Virus record (IMG/VR): IMGVR_UViG_3300014047_000002
Location: 35,129 to 99,128 of that record
DNA from: a virus
Taxonomy: Duplodnaviria; Caudoviricetes
Strand: one strand, 5' to 3'
Length of the DNA stretch: 64,000 bases
The notes beneath the pieces were generated by a model. That model saw only the letters and a list, made by a program, of their open reading frames with translations. It was not told the DNA's origin and ran no database searches. Positions 1-7,030 of the stretch are shown one piece after another; position 1 is the first letter of the stretch; every line of letters begins with the position of its first letter. The translations under genes and the position numbers were made by a program.

Positions 1-26
1 AACTACTACTGTACCCCAGTTGTTTG

Positions 27-199
27 TAGCGACGACGGGAGTCGAACCCGCAATCTCCGGCTAAAACCACCGGTATTATCTCTCTTAAATAGAATAACTT
101 GGTTCCTCGCTTTATCCATGGCTTGCTTGACCGCTAACTTCTATTTATTGTCATTATGCCTCTAAATACCTCTCTTATACACCAAATTTACCCGTCGAT
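27..199 (-). ncRNA. tRNA-like RNA (acceptor + T-arm) enclosing a ~140-nt structured insert
   Basis: 3' end GCGGG-TTCGACT-CCCGT-CGTCGCT-A; 5' ATCGACG pairs 6/7; internal perfect 9-bp stem TAAATAGAA/TTCTATTTA (86-94/139-147); no canonical anticodon arm. Confidence 0.5.
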
Positions 200-286
200 A
201 AACAACCATATAAATTTGTTATTTAGACTAACGCTTGCCAGCAACATAAAAAGAAATTTCCATCTAACTGCGTCACTGAGTTTTTG

Positions 287-426
287 CGGGGGAGGAGGGA
301 TTCGAACCCACCACCATCGGATTAGCTACATAGGCAGGAATCGAACCTGCTTGCCAACTATGTAGGAGATTTAACAGTTTACTCTGTATACAGTCCGCCG
401 CTCTACGCCATGCGAGCTACTCCCCC
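287..426 (-). tRNA. tRNA-Asn(GTT) interrupted by a 65-nt intron (325-389)
   Basis: Acceptor GGGGGAG/CTCCCCC, D-arm GCTC..GAGC, T-loop TTCGAAT; removing 325-389 restores CGGA-CTGTTAA-TCCG. Confidence 0.75.
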
Positions 427-559
427 AAATTTGGTTTTACAGATAACCAAAAACTGTATTGGCGGTAGAGATTCAGCAACATTAAGTCTTTCTGACATTA
501 ACTTTAACACCCAGGTATCTACCAGTTCCCTGACCTTAGGCCTCCAGGATTTTTCCAGA

Positions 560-648
560 TGGTGGATCGAAAGGGACTCTAACCCTAATTGGCATCACGG
601 CTTTCCCGATAAATCCGTGTGGGGATTCCAGCTAATCATGCACAACCC
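560..648 (-). ncRNA. degenerate tRNA-like RNA with encoded CCA
   Basis: Ends AGGG-TTAGAGT-CCCT..TCGATCC-A-CCA; 5' GGGTTG pairs; CACGG/CCGTG stem with 14-nt loop instead of an anticodon loop. Confidence 0.45.
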
Positions 649-844
649 AACTAAAAATAAATTGAAACCCTTGCAAGTAATACTCAGATAAACCCATCCT
701 GTTTGGACCGTTCAGGGAATTCCGAAAAAGAAGCTATAAATGAATACAACTTCAGTTAACGTCAAATACCAGACTTCCCGCGAATAATATGCTTTCGAGA
801 CATACCTAATTAACTTCCTATTATCCTCATATAATTTCAATTTG

Positions 845-916
845 CGCCCCGGGTAGGGTTCGAACCTACGACCAATTGATTAACAGTCAACTGCTCTACC
901 ACTGAGCTACCGAGAC
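845..916 (-). tRNA. tRNA-Asn(GTT)
   Basis: Canonical cloverleaf; anticodon arm TTGA-CTGTTAA-TCAA. Confidence 0.95.
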
Positions 917-1352
917 AAATTAATAAAAGATATATACCAGCGACTGCGAGTTGAATTTCACTTCCCGACCTTGGCCACTACCATTTCATCACTCCATTTT
1001 GCAACCACCTTTCTTTTACTCTCTACAGATATTACGAAAATATCAACGAATGTTTAATCAGTATTAACGAATTTCTTCTCCTGAAGTTTGTCCTCCACAT
1101 TCTAAGTTACTCAGTTTCGCTACTCTTTCATTTGTAATTTAATACAGATGATACTCTATGCACCATGAACTTACTGTTCTTCCAATCTTTATATCTTTTA
1201 TAAGAAATGTAGGCACCGGATTCTACTTCTACCGATTTCATAAGATTCAGAGTCAAATGAACTATCAAATTGTTCTAACCTACGCATCTATAACTTACTT
1301 TGAGTTGCAGTTCATGACCTGACTGATTTCTTTTATAGATGTTTTATATTTG

Positions 1353-1424
1353 TAGTCCGTAGGGGAATCGGACCCCTCTTGGCAGGTTGAAAACCTGTAG
1401 TCCTAACCGATAGACGAACGGACC
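1353..1424 (-). tRNA. tRNA-Glu(TTC)
   Basis: GGTCCGTTCGTCTATCGGTTAGGAC; anticodon arm CAGG-TTTTCAA-CCTG. Confidence 0.9.
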
Positions 1425-1597
1425 AAGTTAAAGTTCTGTTCCATCTCGCTCAATGTATTCAAGCTAAAGCCTTTGGGAAGTCTTTCTTTATGTACACTCG
1501 ATTATGACACTTCCAGCAAGTAATATATGGTATAATTTCCGGATAACCTATATTGCTAATGCCAACATTTTCCTATCATTCTAGGTAATGAACTTTG

Positions 1598-1671
1598 TAG
1601 GGTTAACGAGGATCGAACTCGTATCTTCAGCGTGAAAGGCTGACCACCTAACCTATTAGTGAGATAACCCC
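1598..1671 (-). tRNA. tRNA-Glu(TTC)
   Basis: Anticodon arm TCAGC-CTTTCAC-GCTGA; T-arm ACGAG-TTCGATC-CTCGT. Confidence 0.85.
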
Positions 1672-2133
1672 AAATTACTAATAAGGATTCTGTTGTATTG
1701 AAGCGTTACGCCACTATCACGTAATAAACACCAAGGCTTCAATATATGTTTACTGAACTATGTAATAAAGGGTATTACACCCTCAGGTTGCAATGCATCC
1801 TGCTTACAGTGGTTTTTCACCTAACCTCCCTTATCAGTGGTCATATATCAAGATTCTCAATCTGCAAAGAAAAACACTGGATGGATTTCCACCATCAATC
1901 TGAGCTCATTAGCGGATTAGCTAATCTTCCGTGGACCAATACCCAAATATCGCCTCAAAATTTGAGACATTATTTAATAAAAAACGTCTCATGAGGTTTC
2001 AGTGTTTATAAAATAAAGTAGATTACCGTCAGAATTCAACTGACTTATGACATTTCAAAGCTTCATCCTGTATGTTTCAACATTTAGCTGTCCTTGTGGC
2101 TTTTCTACTCCCCACCGGAATAACCTACTTTTG

Positions 2134-2297
2134 AGCCCCAAGCCGGATTCGAACCAGCAACCTGCGCATTGGACTATATAAAGGATTCGAACCTTTATTC
2201 ACATGAATTCCCATCTGAATTTAAATATAGTCTGGTTTTTATAATGGTTACCTTCCATCTATACAAGTGCGCTGCTCTACCATTGAGCCATTGGGGC
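2134..2297 (-). tRNA. tRNA-Thr(TGT) interrupted by a 92-nt intron (2171-2262)
   Basis: Acceptor GCCCCAA/TTGGGGC; removing 2171-2262 restores GCGCA-CTTGTAA-TGCGC. Confidence 0.85.
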
Positions 2298-2409
2298 AAA
2301 TTTAAATGCAAGTTATAATTGAGTCTTTATAACAATTTTCATGCGCTCCTGCTTTCCGGAAATTAGCATGCTGTACTCTACCTTACTCGACTTGTACGAA
2401 TTGCATTTG

Positions 2410-2496
2410 TAACGGGAGCAGGATTCGAACCTGCGTGCGCCTTTTGGACGCCCTAGCTTATGAGACTAGTGAGATAGACCTCTCCTCCATCCCGCA
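2410..2496 (-). tRNA. tRNA with CAT anticodon (Met/fMet or Ile2), long variable arm
   Basis: CTAGT-CTCATAA-GCTAG; variable stem GCGTC/GGCGC; T1:T72 mismatch. Confidence 0.8.
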
Positions 2497-2661
2497 ATGT
2501 TATTAAAAATAGCTATACAGAATATTCTTTTCTTGAACTAACGCGACTGATTACCGTACGATGGACTTTCACCATATTAGATAACGTTTCCGGATTATTA
2601 ACTAATATATTCTATCTTCCTGTATCATAGATAATGTACAACTTTCTATGTTTGCTATTTG

Positions 2662-2736
2662 TGGTGGCCGTGGGAGTTGAACCCGACTATCTCCAGCTTA
2701 TAAGGCTGGTGCTTATACCTGTTAAGCTTCGCCACT
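2662..2736 (-). tRNA. tRNA-Ile(TAT)
   Basis: CCAGC-CTTATAA-GCTGG; acceptor and T stems imperfect. Confidence 0.7.
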
Positions 2737-2906
2737 ATCAGTATTTTCACAGATTAATACGAACTGTATATGAGCTTTGGTTAAACTTATAGAGGGGTAA
2801 CATGCTACTTCATATAAGATTCATGAATATCTATCAACATTTCGAACTGCTCATAGAACAACCATTTAGCTATAAACTTCTCCATGAATTTTGCATGGCA
2901 TGCAAG

Positions 2907-2996
2907 TGGATTGATGATGGGACTCGAACCCACATGGAGCTGATCAACACTCCGCACCTAATGTATCTGCTAGCAACAGGCCTGATCCATCAATCT
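2907..2996 (-). ncRNA. tRNA-like RNA, 8-bp acceptor/5-bp T-stem, long variable arm, no clear anticodon
   Basis: GATTGATG/CATCAATC stem; GTGGG-TTCGAGT-CCCAT; GGAG..CTCC arm. Confidence 0.55.
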
Positions 2997-2999
2997 TTG

Positions 3000-3121
3000 T
3001 GGTAATGGCAGGATTCAAACCTACGTAAAAATGGTTAGGGATAGAAATTCCATTCTCGTCGCTTTCCCTTTATCTATCATCGGTTGGGCTACCGCGCTCT
3101 AATCAGCTGAGCTACATTACC
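3000..3121 (-). ncRNA. tRNA-like RNA with 6-nt anticodon loop and ~55-nt variable insert
   Basis: Perfect acceptor GGTAATG/CATTACC, D-arm GCTC..GAGC, CGGT-AGCCCA-ACCG hairpin, T-arm GTAGG-TTTGAAT-CCTGC. Confidence 0.6.
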
Positions 3122-3263
3122 AAATAAACAATCTACACGTATCCTTTTACTCATCACCAAATGTTGACTAGTACATAATGATATTTCAAAAATACTCCTT
3201 TGATATATAACTTTTGCAACAATTATATACCTGCCTCTACTCCCAAACATCCTCGATTGCTTG

Positions 3264-3339
3264 TGGGGCTTGATGGATTCGAACCATCGACCTTTACCTT
3301 GTAAGGGTACTGCTACTGAACCAGCTGAGCTAAAGCCCC
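3264..3339 (-). tRNA. tRNA-Val(TAC)
   Basis: TACC-CTTACAA-GGTA anticodon arm; canonical acceptor and T arms. Confidence 0.9.
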
Positions 3340-3644
3340 AAATGTGCGTCTTACCATACCTTACCGCACTTTATATCGGATTTCAGAGTCTCCTTCATGT
3401 ATGGCTTCCAGTGCATGTCCTATCTGATTAGGTTTGAATTATGTAAACATAATTTTTACTCAAATACCTGCAGAGTCAAAAGTCTGATACACATTTCGCG
3501 GTCACCTAAGCTCAAGCTTCGCATTTTTTATCTTCTTATTATAATTCTGTATCAGTCGAATTATATACTGAGGAGTTTGTAACTTAATTTAATAACATCT
3601 GAATTACCAAACTTTTCCGAAAATAATCAGATGGGGCCCAAAAT

Positions 3645-4256
3645 TTATTTCGCTTCAGTCACATTGCCTATTTTATTATAATATTCTTTCCAATTAGATA
3701 ATGTTTTATCTAATGAATGTTGCTATAAATCTTCTTGTGTATATTTTTCTTTTGTATGAATTATTCTATGACAATTAGGACAAACTAATATTAAATTATC
3801 CATATCATCTGAACCTCCATGTTTTTTCTATATAATATGATGTATATCACAAGTAGATTCATTCCAACCACATAAAGAACAACCTGCATTTGCTCGATGC
3901 AATATTTTAGATATTGTTCTTTTTGATAAATCCATAATAGAACTTATATTTTCTAAATTCTATAAATGTACCACATGCCTTTTACAATGATTACAATATA
4001 TATGTCGATTTTTTCGTATTGGTGTATTAGTTATAAAAGATTCACCACACTTTTCACATATATAATTATATTCTTTTACTACTTTTGGTTTTTTATTTTC
4101 ATTATGAAATTTCTTTAGAGTTTCAGAAGTTTTTTTATTCATTTCTGATGTATGTACTCTTTGTTTATTACCAAAAGCAATGGCACATGATTTAGAACAA
4201 AAACGTCCAGAACCATAAGAACCATCATGTTCTTTACCACAATTTTCACAAATCAT
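3645..4256 (-). CDS. HNH endonuclease with N-terminal Zn-finger (203 aa under TAG=Gln)
   Basis: ORF 3960-4256 reads through TAG into CSLCGW..CDIHHII*KKHGGSDDMDNLILVCPNCHRIIH (HNH motif); ends TAA at 3645. Confidence 0.85.
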
Positions 4257-4319
4257 AATTCAAATATAAATCTTTTAATATTTATTTCGAACCTGTTTCG
4301 TCAAAATGTAAATTTGTAG

Positions 4320-4611
4320 TGGGAGTGGAGGGATTCGAACCCCCGAAGCCGAATGGCGCCAGATTTCAAAGCTGATAACTTGCTTTCGACTATCTCATTT
4401 CCATGCAATTATTGTTTAGGAAGCTCGTCTATAGTCTGTACACATTTTATTTAGCTCGGGATTATTATTGTTTATTTTACGTGGATAATACCTTCCCCGA
4501 ATTAGCGAACTTATTCATCTATATGTTTCCATAAAGAGCTGCATTCCACATGAAGAAATGTTATCATTTATCTTACAGTCTGGTCCTAACTACCGCATTA
4601 GGAACACTCCC
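4320..4611 (-). tRNA. tRNA-Tyr(GTA) interrupted by a group I intron
   Basis: Exons rejoin as CCAGA-CTGTAAA-TCTGG; acceptor GGGAGTG/CACTCCC; Tyr-type variable arm. Confidence 0.9.
4367..4574 (-). mobile_element. Group I intron (208 nt, ORF-less) in the tRNA-Tyr anticodon
   Basis: U before 5' splice site, terminal G; P1 CUGU/GCAG with U.G; P2 with GAAA loop; P3 AAGTTCG/CGAGCTT; P4 TTCGGG/CCCGAG; P7 GACTAT/ATAGTC; P9 AAAGC/GCTTT. Confidence 0.88.
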
Positions 4612-4876
4612 AAAATAGTGGAAATTAGACTGGAATTTCCACAAACCAGCCAAACGTTTTGAACTTCAGGTATTGTTTGGAAAAACCTATAGGAAACCAT
4701 GAAAGTTTCCTAAGTTATTAGGTCAACCTTTAACCGCTATGTTAAAAGTTTTAGAAAACTGCCAGATTCACATCCAAATTTTCAAGGTATTAATAGCATT
4801 AACCTTCTGTCTTCTCTCGCTCTTCTTCACCTATCAATAAAAATTATCAATACCCATTATATTGATAATAGTTAAG

Positions 4877-4948
4877 TAGCCCGTATGAGAATCGAACTCA
4901 TCTTTCCAGGTTGAAAACCTGACGTCCTAACCGATAGACGAACGGGCC
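4877..4948 (-). tRNA. tRNA-Glu(TTC)
   Basis: Near-duplicate of 1353-1424; CAGG-TTTTCAA-CCTG. Confidence 0.9.
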
Positions 4949-5049
4949 ATCTGGTGCAGATTTAAAATGTGCTGACTATTGGATGCACTGTGAAAATCTC
5001 TTACTCATTTGGTACTGCACCTAAGAGATTACCTTGCCAAGTTGATTTG

Positions 5050-5220
5050 GGATCCAGGTGGGAATCGAACCACGCCAGGTGAACTTCTCACATACCGCAC
5101 CACCAGTATACTCAAAGCCTGCTATCCATATTGCCCCAGTCTAGTGTTTGACTGTTTTTCACCACACCCATTTACCATGGGGGACAAGGCCCGACCTACA
5201 GCAGCTTATCAGTTTGAATC
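5050..5220 (-). ncRNA. ~170-nt multi-hairpin RNA closed by a tRNA-like acceptor/T-arm
   Basis: 3' GTGG-TTCGATT-CCCAC-CTGGATC; 5' GATTCA pairs; internal stems CTGCTGT/ATAGCAG, TTGTCCC/GGGGCAA, CCCAT/ATGGG, CAGTC/GACTG, TATACTG/CGGTATG. Confidence 0.55.
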
Positions 5221-5223
5221 TTG

Positions 5224-5326
5224 CTCCTCATACGGGAATCGAACCCGTGACCTGCCGGAACTACGGAATAAAATTGACCTTCATTCTTTGCCCCGGTTCT
5301 TCTACCAACTTGAAGATATATGAGGA
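5224..5326 (-). ncRNA. tRNA-like RNA whose anticodon loop is replaced by a ~32-nt hairpin insert
   Basis: Acceptor TCCTCAT/ATGAGGA, D-arm TCTTC/GAAGA, CCGG/CCGG stem enclosing GAATGAAG-GTCAA-TTTTATTC, T-arm ACGGG-TTCGATT-CCCGT. Confidence 0.65.
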
Positions 5327-5547
5327 TAACCAATGAACATTAAAAACTGAATCAAAACTCGTTCATCATGCAGTCATGCTCTTTCGGGGAGTCATCTGTC
5401 AAAGTTTTATAGTGCGCAATATTAAGAATGTCTATTCCATCGCGGTTAATACTTATTTCAATCTACTCTGATGGCATCCTTAGAAAGGCTGTATAATCCA
5501 ATGCAACTAAGTTTCTCATCACCATTAGTTTTACTGGACAACCTTAG

Positions 5548-5627
5548 TGAGTATGGATGGACTTGAACCACCGACGCATCTCCGCCCTTGTGGGCTTCAA
5601 CTCATTAACCACCTGTGAAACATACCC
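5548..5627 (-). ncRNA. tRNA-like RNA with aberrant anticodon arm
   Basis: Acceptor GGGTATG/CATACTC; T-arm GGTGG-TTCAAGT-CCATC; GCCC-ACAA-GGGC 4-nt-loop hairpin. Confidence 0.55.
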
Positions 5628-5949
5628 AACTTTATTGATTTTACTTATGGGAGGTGATCCCCATTCAGATGCTCTTTATCTCCGCACCATAAAGGCCGTT
5701 TGAACTCCTAGCAAATTCCACCGCTTGCTTTCCATGCAGCACTGATTTATAAAATCAATTTTGTTAATCTTATATTTAAAAGGTTATACTTTCCGCTTAG
5801 TTGTTACTTTCTGATAAAGAATCGATTACTTTCTAATATCATACCGGCATACGTTCTCTTAATAAGGTATTACTACCAATATTGGTGAGAATTACTGCAT
5901 TGCATCGGGTTTATTAACCTCTTAAACAATTTGGTTATTTTGTGTGTAT

Positions 5950-5965
5950 CAATATGTCAAAGAAC
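5950..5965 (-). promoter_or_regulatory. rRNA-type boxA antitermination element
   Basis: GTTCTTTGACATATTG about 25 nt downstream of the promoter; resembles bacterial rrn boxA (GYTCTTT-A). Confidence 0.6.
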
Positions 5966-5989
5966 TATTGTTTATTGTTTTGAACAGTG

Positions 5990-6017
5990 CAAAGATACGA
6001 ACTATTTTTGAATCAAA
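5990..6017 (-). promoter_or_regulatory. Bacteroidota primary-sigma promoter driving the tRNA array
   Basis: TTTG(-33)..TATCTTTG(-7, consensus TAnnTTTG) followed by CA. Confidence 0.8.
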
Positions 6018-6067
6018 AAAATTTTTTGAAGAAAAAGTTCAATTCTTTAACGTTGTTTAACAATTAG

Positions 6068-6167
6068 TGTACACAGGAGGGCTCGAACCTCCAACCGCAT
6101 TTGCCTAGAATTTTCGCGCGGTACCAGCGTTTGAAGCTAGCGCGTTTACCACTTTCGCCACATGTAC
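6068..6167 (-). tRNA. tRNA-Leu(CAA) with extra-long variable arm
   Basis: CTAGC-TTCAAAC-GCTGG; Leu-type D-loop GGTAAAC; variable ACCGCG..TGCGGT with 17-nt loop; A73. Confidence 0.8.
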
Positions 6168-6187
6168 ATCTTTATATATTATATTAA

Positions 6188-6391
6188 TTATTTTCCTTTT
6201 TTAATAAACGTTGCTATCTCTTTAGCTCGCTTTAATATTTTTTCAAAATCTTGGTAATCCTTACCTTGCACCATTGGTTTATAATATTGCAATGCTGCAC
6301 TAATTCCCAAAAAATTAATTCTTTCTTCTTTTGTAAAACCTTCAAATAAGGTACTACTTACATTTGTATCGTCTCCGTTTGTTGTAATCAT
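6188..6391 (-). CDS. hypothetical protein (67 aa)
   Basis: ATG..TAA ORF with plausible composition between tRNAs. Confidence 0.6.
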   Translation of the reverse strand: MITTNGDDTNVSSTLFEGFTKEERINFLGISAALQYYKPMVQGKDYQDFEKILKRAKEIATFIKKGK

Positions 6392-6413
6392 ATTCTAAAT
6401 TATTTAAATCATG

Positions 6414-6486
6414 CAGGGGGAGTTGGATTCGAACCAACAACTTCATGATTAAGCACTCGTGCGCTCTACCGTTGAGCTATCCCCCC
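6414..6486 (-). tRNA. tRNA (Lys CTT-like) with 8-nt anticodon loop
   Basis: Canonical D and T arms; CACGA-GTGCTTAA-TCATG. Confidence 0.6.
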
Positions 6487-6514
6487 AATGGTTATATTGA
6501 AAATCCTCGCCATA

Positions 6515-6795
6515 ACCATCGAATGTGCTTCGTGTGTTCAGGACCTTTAACTTAAAGCTTTGACAAAACCCCATTGTGTTATCCAATTCACCAACGCGCC
6601 ATAATTATAGTTTGTTAGTAGAGGCGCGTACGAGATTCGAACTCGTTATAATGGGAATTTCATGATGTACACGAACGCGCTATCCTGACACTCCGCTTTG
6701 ACTGTGACTCTAAAGCTCTTGACACAATGCTTATGCTAAAATCTAGGATTCTGATAATGCTAATTGTAAATCTAAAGCTTTCGTCAATATGTCAA
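6515..6795 (-). ncRNA. circularly permuted tRNA-like RNA with flanking hexamer repeats
   Basis: 3' half (6622-6655: CCCAT..ACGAG-TTCGAAT-CTCGT-ACGCGCC-T) lies upstream of 5' half (6570-6600: GGCGCGT-TG-GTGA..ACAC-A-ATGGG); 21-nt linker; outer limits approximate. Confidence 0.7.
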
Positions 6796-6812
6796 TTTAT
6801 ATTATTCTATTT

Positions 6813-7013
6813 TTAATATCTACTCTTAAAGAACCAGATAAGTAATGCTATGATTATTATCCATAAAAGCACTCCACCATAAAGAGGAAGTAGTACCAAC
6901 CACCATGACCAATCAATATAATGTGTAAGCTTTAATACTATGAATACTATACCAAGCAAACCAAAAAATCCGATTCCACTGCTTGAGCTGCTTGAACTAC
7001 TTGAACCTGGCAT
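6813..7013 (-). CDS. small membrane protein (SSSSGIGF..IVFIVLKL..IDWSWW family, common in phages)
   Basis: Poly-Ser N-terminus, two hydrophobic helices, WSWW motif. Confidence 0.8.
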   Translation of the reverse strand: MPGSSSSSSSSSGIGFFGLLGIVFIVLKLTHYIDWSWWLVLLPLYGGVLLWIIIIALLIWFFKSRY

Positions 7014-7030
7014 TGTTTAAATCATTAATT

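Noticed and set aside
27-199. tmRNA or amber-suppressor tRNA
   Set aside because: No GGGG/G3.U70 Ala acceptor, too short, no CTA anticodon loop.
325-2262. Group I or BHB classification for the Asn/Thr introns
   Set aside because: Too short, no P3/P7 core, end in C in the favoured register; no bulge-helix-bulge found.
156-5336. Plus-strand ORFs in the tRNA region (156, 410, 1746, 2802, 3397, 5009, 5148)
   Set aside because: Antisense to tRNAs/ncRNAs; peptides such as GGIRTH, GTRTH and GIEP are translations of T-arm complements.
6068-6167. tRNA-Sec/opal suppressor (CTTCAAA in loop)
   Set aside because: The stem register places CAA at 34-36; 7-bp acceptor and Leu-type D-loop.
1-6660. CRISPR array from recurring TCGAACC-like repeats
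   Set aside because: The repeats are tRNA T-loops with irregular spacing; no cas genes.
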